From Patescibacteria group bacterium (GTDB taxonomy: Bacteria > Patescibacteriota > UBA1384 > CAILIB01): a stretch of DNA of 24,000 nt. A program made the translations under genes and the position numbers. Below the pieces are notes generated by a model. The model did not search any database, had not been told where the DNA came from, and saw nothing but the letters and a program-made list of their open reading frames with translations. Positions 6,270 through 15,359 of this stretch are shown piece after piece; the stretch's first letter is position 1, and each line of letters begins with the position of its first letter. The stretch spans positions 1 to 24,000 of the forward strand of contig JALHQF010000006.1 of the NCBI GenBank assembly GCA_022842085.1, written 5' to 3'.

Positions 6270-7709
6270 TCAGCGACCATACCAGGCTTGCCACGCAACT
6301 TTCCAGGGCGCTGGGAGTGCAATGAGGGCTTTGCGTAGCTCTCCAGCGATACGCTGCTTCCCATCACCGGTGCTGAGTGTGGTGAGCCAGGTTTCTTCGC
6401 CCCGAATGTGTACCTTACGCGGGTGACTGAGCAGCCAGCCTGCGGACGGCACCTTGAGAGCGTGGTGGGCGGATGGCTCAGGGTGTGAGAGGGCAAGTAC
6501 TTGTCCAGCAAGGAGATCAACTTCCTCCCGAGCGAGTGTTTCGAGGGCTCCTGCTCTCATTGCATTGTGCAAGCTGCCGCTGCCGCTTGGTACAATGCAG
6601 GCTTCTGCACGCTCGAGTACGTGGCCGAGGTCTGCGAGGCCCTGGAGGCGGTCGTAGGGGTTGCTGGCGTTCTCGATAAGTCGTAAAGCAGGCATCCAAA
6701 CTGTGCTCTTAGCAGGGAGTGCAGTGAGAGCGCTGCGGGTACCAATTTGTACGTTGCGGGGCAGCCTGCCGAGCGCCTGCTGCACTTGACGTGCGTAGCT
6801 CTCAAGTCCAGGGAGCGTGCGAAGGCGACCCTCGCCATCGGGGGCTGCCACGTCGTGTGTGGCGATGATGCGGCACGGTAGCCCCGCGCGAGCTGCTGCC
6901 AGGAGTTCATCCGGGAGTTCGCTGCCAGTGTGCCACACGACCCTGGCGTTGGGTGTGCTGCCCTGTGATTGCGTGCCCCAGCGCGCAGCGGCTGCCCCAC
7001 CGGGAAGGTAGGAGCGAAACCGTACTTCGGCATGCCAAGTTTTGGCAAGGAGAGGAGCCAGGTCTGCCAGCGGTAGGTGAGGTGTCTGGGGGAGGTGGTA
7101 CGAGATGTCGTCCGGTTCTACTACGTGGACATGACGCAAGTTCACGAATGGCGCAAACCAAGCACGCTCTCTTCCTGCCACGACGGCAACTTCGCCATTA
7201 CGGATTGCCCACCACTGCTTCCAGGCGGCAAGGCCGCGGGCCGAGAACGTGTCGGCTACGAGGTGGCCCTTTGCGGCAAGGGCTGCGATTCCCTCTGTTC
7301 GTACTCCTGGCATGAGCACGAGGTGCTGCTTGGTAGTTCCCTGCGGGGCGGCTATGAGATCCTGCCGGACACTGCGAGTCGGGAGCTTTTTGAGCGCCGG
7401 AGGCATCCAGGCCAAGAGTGCCGTGGGAAGTGAACAGAGGCCGTACTCAGCCATAAGCTCCACGGTCTGGCGGTGGGGCGCTAGGAGCAGGGGGTAGCTG
7501 GTGAGTACCTCAAGCGTTTCGGGAGCGGTTCCGCTGCTCTGGGTTGCCCACACCACGCCAGGAACCCGCCTGCCGCGTAACGAGATACTTACCAGGCTGC
7601 CTGGCCCTACGTGTGCCCCCTTCGGTACTTGGTACGTCCACCAACGCACATCACGGCGGATACGCGTTACGGGAACGACGTCAGCGATCATGCCGTCACT
7701 CTCCCACAT
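6270..7709 (-). CDS. priA: primosomal protein N' (PriA)-like, degenerate helicase core
   Basis: 479-aa ORF. The N-terminus (IADVVPV...GSLVSISLRGRRVPGVVW) resembles the PriA 3'-DNA-binding domain. The block NGEVAVVAGRERAWFAPFVNLRHVHVVEPDDISYH corresponds to the canonical PriA ...IGTRSA.F.P...L..I.VDEEHD.SYK region. It sits in the priA-def-fmt synteny. An alternative start at 7691 (MIADVVPV) is plausible. Confidence 0.7.
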   Translation of the reverse strand: MWESDGMIADVVPVTRIRRDVRWWTYQVPKGAHVGPGSLVSISLRGRRVPGVVWATQSSGTAPETLEVLTSYPLLLAPHRQTVELMAEYGLCSLPTALLAWMPPALKKLPTRSVRQDLIAAPQGTTKQHLVLMPGVRTEGIAALAAKGHLVADTFSARGLAAWKQWWAIRNGEVAVVAGRERAWFAPFVNLRHVHVVEPDDISYHLPQTPHLPLADLAPLLAKTWHAEVRFRSYLPGGAAAARWGTQSQGSTPNARVVWHTGSELPDELLAAARAGLPCRIIATHDVAAPDGEGRLRTLPGLESYARQVQQALGRLPRNVQIGTRSALTALPAKSTVWMPALRLIENASNPYDRLQGLADLGHVLERAEACIVPSGSGSLHNAMRAGALETLAREEVDLLAGQVLALSHPEPSAHHALKVPSAGWLLSHPRKVHIRGEETWLTTLSTGDGKQRIAGELRKALIALPAPWKVAWQAWYGR

Positions 7710-7746
7710 TCTCTTTCAGAGCGAAACCTGGTATGGTGCGGCGGTT

Positions 7747-9114
7747 ATGGTACCTGTCGTTGCCCTGGTTGGGCGCCCAAACGTAGGAAAGTCAAGTCTC
7801 TACAACCGGCTGGTTGGCGATCGTCAAGCAGTGGTTTCGGATGTGGCGGGCACTACGCGCGACAGGCTTAGTCGGGTGGTAAGCTTTGGTAAGCGCCAAG
7901 CCTACCTCATGGATATGGCAGGCATTGAGCCTGCTCTCAAGGAAGCAACCGAAATTCGTCGTGGCATGCAGGAACAGGTAGAAACCGGTTTGCGCGAAGC
8001 CACCATGATCCTCTGGGTAGTGGATGCTATGGAGCCGGTAACCGAGCAAGACCGTGTGGTAGGCGAGCTACTGCGTCGCTTGGGCAAGCCGGTAGTAGTA
8101 GCGCTGAATAAAGCCGACAACGCTAGCCGAGAGACCGCTGCACTCGAGCTTGCAGAGCTTGGCTACGGCGAGGTGTATCCCGTCTCCGCCATTCATGGCC
8201 GCGGTATAGCTGCACTCCAGCAGGCGATTGCTGAGGTACTCCCAGAATCTGAACCTGTTGCTCGTACGAAAGAGCTGCAAGTGGCCATTGTAGGGCGTCC
8301 AAATGTTGGCAAGAGCACGCTGCTCAACCAGCTTTCTGGTGAGCTCCGCTCCGTGGTGAGCGCTGAGGCTGGCACGACCCGAGATGCGATCGACACGGTG
8401 TTCCCAGCCGCGCAGCTGGGAGTAGGTGAGCCATGGGATACCGTGCGCTGCATCGACACAGCCGGTGTGCGCCGTCGCGGCAAGATTGAGAAAGCTGGCC
8501 TTGAGGGTTGGTCGGTGCTGCGCACCTACGCGGCAATTGATGTGGCGCACGTCGCGCTCGTTCTTCTTGATGCTACGGAGCTTCTCGTGCACCAGGACAC
8601 GCAGGTGCTCGCAAAGGTAGGTGAAGCCGGGCGTCCAGTAGTCTTGGTAGTCAACAAGTGGGACGCTTACCTAGCTGCGCAAAAAGCAGAGCTTGGCAGC
8701 TCGCAAGATGAGGTGCTCCGAGACAAGGTACTGGGTCGCCTCCTGCGAGAGGCACCATTCCTGAGCTGGGCCCCTGTGGTGTTTCTCTCCGCAAAAGAGG
8801 GCTGGCACACGGCAGACCTAGGAAATGTACTACAGCAGGTAGTAGCTGCCTGGCAGCGTCGTGTTACTGAAGATGAGATTCAGCCCCTCTTCGAGCACCT
8901 CAAAACCTACCAGCCTGCCTTCCGAAAGATGAAGAGCCTGGTGTTTCAGCGCAGCGAGCCACCAACCTTCGCAGCACTCCTTGCCGAGCACCAGCAGCCA
9001 CACTTCTCAACCGTGCGTTTCCTGGAAAACTTCCTCCGCGATAGCCTTGAGCTTGGTCCTACACCGGTAAAGATCTGGGTAGACCTGGTAAAGCGCCAGA
9101 CGAGGAAGCGTTAG
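7747..9114 (+). CDS. der: ribosome-associated GTPase Der/EngA
   Basis: Two tandem GTPase domains (GRPNVGKSSLYNRL...DMAG...NKAD; GRPNVGKSTLLNQL...DTAG...NKWD) plus a C-terminal KH-like domain. I chose the ATG at 7747 (MVPVVALVGRPNVGKSS). The track start at 7501 would overlap priA. Confidence 0.95.
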   Translation: MVPVVALVGRPNVGKSSLYNRLVGDRQAVVSDVAGTTRDRLSRVVSFGKRQAYLMDMAGIEPALKEATEIRRGMQEQVETGLREATMILWVVDAMEPVTEQDRVVGELLRRLGKPVVVALNKADNASRETAALELAELGYGEVYPVSAIHGRGIAALQQAIAEVLPESEPVARTKELQVAIVGRPNVGKSTLLNQLSGELRSVVSAEAGTTRDAIDTVFPAAQLGVGEPWDTVRCIDTAGVRRRGKIEKAGLEGWSVLRTYAAIDVAHVALVLLDATELLVHQDTQVLAKVGEAGRPVVLVVNKWDAYLAAQKAELGSSQDEVLRDKVLGRLLREAPFLSWAPVVFLSAKEGWHTADLGNVLQQVVAAWQRRVTEDEIQPLFEHLKTYQPAFRKMKSLVFQRSEPPTFAALLAEHQQPHFSTVRFLENFLRDSLELGPTPVKIWVDLVKRQTRKR

Positions 9115-9683
9115 AGGTTGCTGTAACGCGCGTGGGAGATCCAGGTTGCTTCTCCTAGCGGGAAGAACCGCGCGCTCACTCGGCCGATTACGTTACTGTG
9201 CGGGACAAACCCCCACTCGCGCGAATCACTGCTGTTTTGTCGGTTATCACCTAGGACAAAGTAGCTCTCTTCGGGCACTGTCCACTGGTTTACCTGGCGC
9301 GTGAAGGTGCTGCTCGAAGTGTAGGGCTCTTGAAGCGCTATATCGTTTACTAGCACTTGACCATCACGAATTGCTATACGGTCTCCTGGAAGCCCAATGA
9401 TACGTTTTACGTAGCGCTCGGCGATATTTCCGGGGTAGAGGAACACGACAATGTCACCACGCTGGAGGCGGTCAAAGCGAGTGCTGAGGCGCTCGGTGAG
9501 GAGGAAGTCGTCGTTCTCGAGGGTGGGCTGCATAGACTGACCATCGACAATGTACGGCGCTGCGATGAACGTACGTACGGTAACTACAATGGCTGCAACA
9601 ATGAGCACGTTCCAAAAGAGATCGAAGAGAGGACTTCGGCGCTTCTGGGATTTTGGCGATTCAATCAGCTCTTCAGGATCCAT
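9111..9683 (-). CDS. lepB: signal peptidase I
   Basis: N-terminal TM segment, SMQPTL (catalytic Ser), KRIIGLPGD (catalytic Lys) and GDNRQNSSDSREWGFVP. Confidence 0.92.
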   Translation of the reverse strand: MDPEELIESPKSQKRRSPLFDLFWNVLIVAAIVVTVRTFIAAPYIVDGQSMQPTLENDDFLLTERLSTRFDRLQRGDIVVFLYPGNIAERYVKRIIGLPGDRIAIRDGQVLVNDIALQEPYTSSSTFTRQVNQWTVPEESYFVLGDNRQNSSDSREWGFVPHSNVIGRVSARFFPLGEATWISHARYSNL

Positions 9684-9703
9684 GTACTCAGGATAGCAAA
9701 AGA

Positions 9704-9725
9704 CCCCGACACCGTCTGGTGCCGG
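9704..9725 (-). terminator. rho-independent terminator after rplT
   Basis: The minus-strand RNA reads CCGGCACC-AGAC-GGUGUCGG(GG), an 8-bp stem with one G-U pair, followed by UCUUUUGCU. Confidence 0.55.
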
Positions 9726-9745
9726 AGCTTCGTGCCTTCGTTGCG

Positions 9746-10093
9746 CTAGCCGCGCACTTGCTCAACGATTGCCTTGAAAGCGGCGGGGTCGGTGAGGGCG
9801 AGCTCTGAAAGCGCTTTACGGTTGAGCGTAATGCCCTTGAGCTTCGCCTGGTAGGTGAACTGGCTGTAGGTCATGCCGTGCTCACGAACTCCTGCGTTGA
9901 TGCGCAGAATCCAGCTACGACGGAAGTCGCGCTTCTTGTTGCGGCGATCACGGTAGGCGTGCTGCCCAGCTTTGAGGGACGCCTCCTTCGCGCGCTTAAT
10001 GAGCGTGCGACGTCCGTTGCGGAAGCCCTTGGTGAGGGCGAGGAGGGAGTTGTGTCGACGGCGAGTGGTTACGCCACGCTTTACTCGAGGCAT
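9746..10093 (-). CDS. rplT: 50S ribosomal protein L20
   Basis: [38 protein letters not shown] is an unmistakable L20 N-terminus. Confidence 0.97.
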   Translation of the reverse strand: MPRVKRGVTTRRRHNSLLALTKGFRNGRRTLIKRAKEASLKAGQHAYRDRRNKKRDFRRSWILRINAGVREHGMTYSQFTYQAKLKGITLNRKALSELALTDPAAFKAIVEQVRG

Positions 10094-10096
10094 AGG

Positions 10097-10342
10097 CTAG
10101 GCTTCAGGGGTGGTAACAACTGGCTGTGATGCACGCTTCCGGCTTACCTTGAGGTAAGGGGTGAGCTTGCTGAAGCGCTTCGCCATACCCTTCGCGAGTA
10201 CGCTGTAGCGCTTGGCGGCTGCCTTCTGGCGGCGGCTCTTGTTGTGGCGAAGGTGACTGGCAGCAGTGGTAGGGATCTGAACTTTGCCAGAACCGGTGCT
10301 GCGCAGGCGTTTCGCGGTAGTCTTGTGGGTCTTGAGCTTCAT
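10097..10342 (-). CDS. rpmI: 50S ribosomal protein L35 (C-terminally extended, 81 aa)
   Basis: MKLKTHKTTAKRLRSTGSGKVQIPTTAASHLRHNKSRRQK is the L35 signature. It lies between infC and rplT. Confidence 0.95.
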   Translation of the reverse strand: MKLKTHKTTAKRLRSTGSGKVQIPTTAASHLRHNKSRRQKAAAKRYSVLAKGMAKRFSKLTPYLKVSRKRASQPVVTTPEA

Positions 10343-10348
10343 TGAGGG

Positions 10349-10846
10349 TTACTTTCGCTCTTTGAGGAGAACGCTAAACTGTCGACCTTGGATAGCGGGC
10401 GGTGTGTCGTAATCCATTTCAAGCAGATCACGCACCCGCGCTAGCTCGATGAGCGCCCGATCCTTAAAGGCCATTTCTCGCCCTACGAGCTTCATACGAA
10501 GCTTGATGCGGTGGCCTTCTTCAAGGAACTTGCGCGCTTGCTTGAGCTTGGTATCAAGGTCTCCAGCACCCGTGGTGTAGGTGAGACGAATCTCCTTCAC
10601 CTCCTGGGTGGTCCGCTTGCTCCGGTTCTTCCGCTCCTGACGCTCCTGTTCGTACTTAAACTTTCCGTAATCGAGGATTTTTGCCACCGGAGGACTCGCG
10701 AGGGGGGCAACCAAGACAAGGTCTAATGATTGCGCTTCAGCCCGCTGGAGTGCCTCAGATGTAGCTACAATACCGATCTGTTCGCCATCTGATTCAACGA
10801 GACGTACCTGCTTAGCGCGGATGTCGTCGTTGATGGGGTACGAAAT
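10349..10846 (-). CDS. infC: translation initiation factor IF-3, non-canonical ATT start
   Basis: The track ORF (TTG at 10714) holds only the linker plus C-domain. Hand translation upstream in the same frame gives ISYPINDDIRAKQVRLVESDGEQIGIVATSEALQRAEAQSLDLVLVAPLASPPVAKILDYGKFKYE, which is the IF-3 N-domain. Between the in-frame stop (10891-10889) and 10714 there is no ATG, GTG or TTG. ATT at 10846-10844 is the best start, with ATC at 10855 or 10834 as alternatives. Confidence 0.88.
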   Translation of the reverse strand: MSYPINDDIRAKQVRLVESDGEQIGIVATSEALQRAEAQSLDLVLVAPLASPPVAKILDYGKFKYEQERQERKNRSKRTTQEVKEIRLTYTTGAGDLDTKLKQARKFLEEGHRIKLRMKLVGREMAFKDRALIELARVRDLLEMDYDTPPAIQGRQFSVLLKERK

Positions 10847-10918
10847 ACTAGAGATAGGTGGTGGAGTTACGGTCGGACACGAAGGATGCTACCAGGTTAC
10901 GGGTTCTGGGGCAAGGAG

Positions 10919-11599
10919 CTATGCCTCCGGCCGAATGAACCCAACTGGCTCACCAAGCGTTACCTCTACGGGTGTTACGCTAATGGCAAACTCGCCGGCC
11001 TGCAGCTCGGCTCGCTCCTCGCTGTTAACGCGCAATCGAGGCACCCAGAAGCGGCTTGGTTCAACCGATTTGCGAAAGAATCCACCCGCTCCACGTACCT
11101 CGTTCACCCGCAGTCCCTCACCGTCGGGGAGGATCATGAGCGCAGACGGGTCGCTGGTGTGTGCTTGCCAGGCATCGGTTTCTAGTTTCCAGAGGCACGG
11201 GCTCACGCTTACTGGGAAGCAGGTGGCAAGTCCACCAACCTTGAGCGGCTGAAACGGGAAGTAGCGGCGCCTGCGCAAGGCGTCGGCAGCCACTCTCCAA
11301 TCGGTGGTGCCCACTAGCTCTTTCACGCCGGGGTACTTGCTAATGGGTAGGTACCCAACCACTACGTCAGTACCAGCACAGGCGGCTACCACGTCATCAA
11401 GAATTGAGGTGGCGCCCACCGCCACAATCGTGCGGTAGTTTCGTGCCATGGCTTGTGTGACCACCTGCGCTACCGACTGATCGTCGCGTGGCACCGCAAA
11501 CTCCCCAGCAATCCCCAGCTGTTGGAGGTAGGCGCGGATCTGTGCCGCCAGCTTCGGTTGCTGATTGGCAACCGCTGGATCAACGACGTAGCAGTACAC
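10919..11599 (-). CDS. DAGK/NAD-kinase-fold protein with degenerate catalytic motifs (hypothetical)
   Basis: 226-aa ORF. The layout YRTIVAVGATSILDDVVAACAGTDVVVGYLPISKYPGVKELVG follows the diacylglycerol/lipid kinase catalytic domain (..vvaaGGDGTvnevv....plgiiPlGTgNDfa..). However, GGDGT is replaced by GATSI and GTxND by ISKYP. It lies 2 nt downstream of the bactofilin gene. Confidence 0.5.
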   Translation of the reverse strand: MYCYVVDPAVANQQPKLAAQIRAYLQQLGIAGEFAVPRDDQSVAQVVTQAMARNYRTIVAVGATSILDDVVAACAGTDVVVGYLPISKYPGVKELVGTTDWRVAADALRRRRYFPFQPLKVGGLATCFPVSVSPCLWKLETDAWQAHTSDPSALMILPDGEGLRVNEVRGAGGFFRKSVEPSRFWVPRLRVNSEERAELQAGEFAISVTPVEVTLGEPVGFIRPEA

Positions 11600-11601
11600 G
11601 G

Positions 11602-11967
11602 CTACTCGGCAGCCTCAGCTTCTTCTTTGATGTTCTGAGAGCCCTGGGAAACCTTCACCTTACCCATGAGGTTGGCACCAGGCTTTACCGAAAGGGTTCC
11701 GGTGGTTACGTCGCCCTTTACGACCGACTTTGGCTTGAGCTCGATGAGCTCCTTGGCGGTAATGTTGCCAATCACGGTTCCGGCAACATCTACCATCTTG
11801 GCCTGGATGGGCCCCTCGACACGAGCGTTCTCGCCCACGAGTACCGCGGCTTCACTTACGATGTCGCCCTTCACGTGGCCAAGGATGTGGATAGAGGCGG
11901 TGTTGCGCAGAGACCCGGTTAGCTCAACGTGGGGGCCTACGGTCGTATCGATCTGATCGGATGCCAT
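11602..11967 (-). CDS. bactofilin (polymer-forming cytoskeletal protein)
   Basis: 121-aa ORF. It shows the repetitive beta-helix pattern typical of the bactofilin domain: VELTGSLRNTASIHILGHVKGDIVSEAAVLVGENARVEGPIQAKMVDVAGTVIGNITAKELIELKPKSVVKGDV. Confidence 0.85.
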   Translation of the reverse strand: MASDQIDTTVGPHVELTGSLRNTASIHILGHVKGDIVSEAAVLVGENARVEGPIQAKMVDVAGTVIGNITAKELIELKPKSVVKGDVTTGTLSVKPGANLMGKVKVSQGSQNIKEEAEAAE

Positions 11968-12038
11968 TGGAAGGGCGTTAGGGGAGTGGGGGTTGCAGCT
12001 TCACGGTAGCCGGGTTTTGTGCTACCGTTCAACCCGTT

Positions 12039-14900
12039 ATGAGCAACGTCTTGCGAATCCAGGGGGCCCGAGAGCACAACCTCAAGAACCTCACCCTGGA
12101 GATTCCGCGGGACGCTCTGGTGGTGCTTACCGGGCTTTCGGGCTCGGGGAAGAGCTCACTTGCGTTCGATACGATTTTTGCCGAAGGTCAGCGCCGCTAC
12201 GTAGAGTCGCTCTCGGCGTACGCCCGCCAGTTCCTTGGCATGATGGAGAAGCCAGATGTTGATCAGATTGACGGCCTCTCACCAGCAATCTCAATTGATC
12301 AGAAATCGGCTGCTCGCAACCCACGCTCAACCGTGGGTACTGTTACTGAAGTGTACGATTCTATGCGTCTCATCTGGGCGCGCATAGGTGATGTGCACTG
12401 TCACATCTGTGGCCGCAAGGTTGAGAAGGCCAGCGCCAGCCAAATGGCGGATGGCGTACTGAGCTCGTTCTTGGGTACCCGCATTCTCGTGCTGGCTCCA
12501 ATGGTCATGGATCGCAAGGGTGAGCACAAGCAGGTTTTCTTGCAAATTCGCAAGTCAGGCTACCCGCGTGTACGCGTAGACGGTACCGTGATGGATCTCG
12601 AAGAGGCCGAGCAGCTTGAACTCGACAAGCAGGTGAAGCACACCATTGAGGTAGTGGTAGATCGTTTGGCGCTCGAGGGCGTACGGCTCGGTGAAAGTGC
12701 CAAGAATGCCCAGGTAGCAGCCGACGAGCAGCGCATCCGCCTCCTCGATAGTATCGAGAAAGCCCTCAAGCTCTCCGAGGGTCGCTTGCGCGTGGTGAAT
12801 TTCGATGATGCCACCGTAGAGCGCTTCTTCTCCGAAGATTTCTACTGTCCGCACGACGACATTTCGCTGCCAGAGATTGAGCCACGAAGCTTCTCCTTTA
12901 ATAGCCCGCACGGAGCCTGTCCAACCTGTCAGGGGCTTGGGCGCTTGCAGCAGGTTGACCCTGCACTCATTGTGCCAAACGAGCGTCTGACGCTCGCCGA
13001 GGGTGCTATTCGCCCATGGAGTCGTTCTACGAGCTTTGATACTTGGTACTTCAAGGTCATGGAGGCCGTGGCGGCCAGTCACGGCGTTGATCTCAATACC
13101 CCCTGGAGTGACCTCAAGCAGGAAGACAAGGACACAATCCTCTACGGTACTGGTGACGAGCAGTACGAGGTGGCTGGGTACAAGGCAACCTACGAAGGGG
13201 TGATTCCCAACCTCGAGCGTCGCTACAAGGAAACCGAGTCCGACTATATCCGGGGCGAGATTGAGCGCTACATGGTCGAGGAGACCTGTCCTACCTGTAA
13301 GGGAGCGCGGCTTCGGCCAGAAGTGCTGGGCGTAAAGCTGGGCGGCAAGCACATTGTAGAGGTGAACCAGATGACGGTTGTAGAGGCGCAGGCCTTCTTC
13401 CGCAGCCTCGAACAGCCAGGTGTACTCACCGAGACGCAAATGACCATTGCTCGGCAGGTGTTCAAGGAGATTACGAGCCGCTTAGGCTTTCTCGATCACG
13501 TGGGTCTTGGCTACCTCACGCTTGATCGCTCGGCCAATACCCTCTCGGGTGGTGAGGCGCAGCGTATTCGTCTCGCAACTCAGATTGGCTCCGGCCTTAC
13601 CGGTGTGCTCTACATCCTGGATGAGCCCTCCATTGGGCTTCATCAGCGCGATAATGGTCGCTTACTTGAGACGCTGGTAAAGCTTAAGGCACTGGGCAAT
13701 ACCGTACTGGTTGTGGAGCACGACCAAGAAACCATGGAGGCGGCAGATTTTCTCATTGATATTGGTCCGGGTGCCGGTAAACACGGAGGAGAGATTGTGG
13801 CTATGGGGAGTCCGGCCGAGGTGAAGGCCAATCCCAAGAGCCTTACCGGTAAGTACCTCAGCGGAGAAAAGTCGATCCCACTCCCCAAGAAGCGGCGCAA
13901 GGGAAACGGTGCCGGCCTGGAGATTGTAGGTGCCACTGAGCACAACTTGCGCGATGTCACGGTGAGTTTCCCCCTGGGTACGCTCACCTGTGTAACGGGC
14001 GTTTCAGGTTCGGGAAAGAGCACGCTCATCGACGACATTCTTGCCAAGTCGCTCTCCCAGCACCTCTATGGCTCCAAGGAGCAGCCGGGTAAGCACAAAG
14101 AGGTGCGGGGACTTGAACACATCAACAAGGTGGTGGATGTAGACCAGAGCCCAATTGGCCGTACGCCGCGTAGTAATCCGGCTACCTACACCGGCATCTT
14201 TAATGCCATTCGCGATCTCTTTGCTGCTACACCAGAGGCTAAGGCACGTGGCTACAAGGCTGGTCGCTTCTCGTTCAACACCAAGGGAGGACGCTGCGAA
14301 ACCTGTTCTGGTGACGGTGTGCTTAAGATTGAGATGAACTTTCTGCCAGACGTGTACGTTACCTGTGACGAGTGTAAGGGAAAGCGTTACAACCGTGAGA
14401 CGCTCGAGGTGCACTATAAGGGCAAAACGATCTCTGACGTGCTCAATATGACTGTCGAAGAGGCGCTGGAGTTCTTTAGCCCAATTCCGGCTATTCGCAC
14501 CAAGCTGCAGCTGCTCGCAGACGTGGGTCTTGGCTACATAACGCTTGGACAGCCGGCAACCACGCTGTCAGGCGGTGAGGCGCAGCGCATCAAGCTCTCT
14601 TCTGAGCTCTCGCGGCGCGCAACCGGCAAGACGCTGTACATTCTCGATGAGCCAACTACGGGCCTGCACTTTGAAGATGTGCGCAAGCTCATGGAGGTGC
14701 TCCAGGCCCTGGTAGACAAGGGTAACAGCGTACTGGTAATCGAGCACAACCTCGATGTCATCAAGTGTGCAGATTGGATTATCGACATGGGCCCCGAAGG
14801 CGGTACCGGCGGTGGAACGGTGGTAGCGACTGGCACACCGGAAGACGTAGCCAAGGTGGCAGTGAGCCACACGGGTTACTACCTCAAGAACCTCGTGTAA
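12039..14900 (+). CDS. uvrA: excinuclease ABC subunit A
   Basis: 953-aa ORF with two ABC ATPase modules ([20 protein letters not shown], two LSGGEAQR signatures) and CxxC zinc modules. Confidence 0.98.
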   Translation: MSNVLRIQGAREHNLKNLTLEIPRDALVVLTGLSGSGKSSLAFDTIFAEGQRRYVESLSAYARQFLGMMEKPDVDQIDGLSPAISIDQKSAARNPRSTVGTVTEVYDSMRLIWARIGDVHCHICGRKVEKASASQMADGVLSSFLGTRILVLAPMVMDRKGEHKQVFLQIRKSGYPRVRVDGTVMDLEEAEQLELDKQVKHTIEVVVDRLALEGVRLGESAKNAQVAADEQRIRLLDSIEKALKLSEGRLRVVNFDDATVERFFSEDFYCPHDDISLPEIEPRSFSFNSPHGACPTCQGLGRLQQVDPALIVPNERLTLAEGAIRPWSRSTSFDTWYFKVMEAVAASHGVDLNTPWSDLKQEDKDTILYGTGDEQYEVAGYKATYEGVIPNLERRYKETESDYIRGEIERYMVEETCPTCKGARLRPEVLGVKLGGKHIVEVNQMTVVEAQAFFRSLEQPGVLTETQMTIARQVFKEITSRLGFLDHVGLGYLTLDRSANTLSGGEAQRIRLATQIGSGLTGVLYILDEPSIGLHQRDNGRLLETLVKLKALGNTVLVVEHDQETMEAADFLIDIGPGAGKHGGEIVAMGSPAEVKANPKSLTGKYLSGEKSIPLPKKRRKGNGAGLEIVGATEHNLRDVTVSFPLGTLTCVTGVSGSGKSTLIDDILAKSLSQHLYGSKEQPGKHKEVRGLEHINKVVDVDQSPIGRTPRSNPATYTGIFNAIRDLFAATPEAKARGYKAGRFSFNTKGGRCETCSGDGVLKIEMNFLPDVYVTCDECKGKRYNRETLEVHYKGKTISDVLNMTVEEALEFFSPIPAIRTKLQLLADVGLGYITLGQPATTLSGGEAQRIKLSSELSRRATGKTLYILDEPTTGLHFEDVRKLMEVLQALVDKGNSVLVIEHNLDVIKCADWIIDMGPEGGTGGGTVVATGTPEDVAKVAVSHTGYYLKNLV

Positions 14901-14907
14901 CGAGAAA

Positions 14908-14927
14908 GAGGCCCCTCATGGGGCCTC
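14908..14927. terminator. bidirectional terminator hairpin between uvrA and the convergent 141-aa gene
   Basis: GAGGCCCC-tcat-GGGGCCTC, a perfect 8-bp GC-rich stem. The minus-strand version is followed by TTTCTCG. It lies between the stops at 14900 (+) and 14934 (-). Confidence 0.6.
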
Positions 14928-14933
14928 GCAGGT

Positions 14934-15359
14934 TTAGGTAACGCGGGTAGGGACGCCTCGGCTGAGCTCGATGATGCTCCGGCCCTTCGTGCCTTCGATG
15001 GCGAAGGTACCAGAGGCGCGGCTGCTGATGGCTTCAAGGAGTCCACCGGCCCCACTGAAGGTTTTGCTTGGCTGTCCGTGCTTCCAGCTGGTGGTCGGTT
15101 TACAGATTGCAACCTGGCTGATCCAGCCGAGATTGTCTGTAGTTAGCACAACCCTAGAAGTGCCGTTTCTTGGCTGGAGGGTGATCACAATCGCCCCGGA
15201 GAGCGAGTTGACGTGGTCGGCAAAGGCGCGTGGGCACGTAAAGCGCTGTGGGGTTTTGTCTCCCAAAGGCTTGCAGCAGAATGGGTGTCGTTGCTCGATC
15301 GCTGATGAACCGGGCGGGCGAGATCTGCCGCGGAGGTTGGGGTTTTTGGTTTTGGCCAT
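14934..15359 (-). CDS. hypothetical protein (141 aa), downstream member of a coupled pair
   Basis: ORF in the track. My codon read-out shows about 70% G/C at third positions and typical codons (ATC, GCC, ACC, AGC). The ATG (15359-15357) overlaps the TAA of the upstream ORF (15361-15359) by 1 nt. The N-terminus is basic (MAKTKNPNLRGRSRPPGSS), followed by HPFCC...CP...H. A terminator follows directly. No family recognised. Confidence 0.55.
   Translation of the reverse strand: MAKTKNPNLRGRSRPPGSSAIEQRHPFCCKPLGDKTPQRFTCPRAFADHVNSLSGAIVITLQPRNGTSRVVLTTDNLGWISQVAICKPTTSWKHGQPSKTFSGAGGLLEAISSRASGTFAIEGTKGRSIIELSRGVPTRVT

Noticed and set aside
6453-7497. A cluster of Arg/Pro/Cys-rich ORFs on both strands inside the priA-like gene (for example 6557-7048 minus strand, 6953-7315 plus strand).
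   Set aside because: They are off-frame or antisense to the priA-like ORF, which has recognisable homology blocks. Their compositions do not look protein-like.
7501-7746. 5' extensions of track ORFs: der from 7501, the surface protein from 18252, and the upstream member of the coupled pair from 15967.
   Set aside because: Each extension overlaps the neighbouring confident gene and encodes Arg/Pro/Ser-rich sequence. Each is followed by an internal Met that gives the canonical N-terminus or a signal peptide.
12555-13439. 294-aa minus-strand ORF, plus other antisense ORFs at 12127-12545, 13643-14047, 14004-14414 and 14534-14872, inside uvrA.
   Set aside because: They lie entirely antisense to an unambiguous, full-length uvrA. 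They are long open antisense frames of the kind expected when third positions are G/C-rich. The products are low-complexity and rich in Arg, Ser and Leu.
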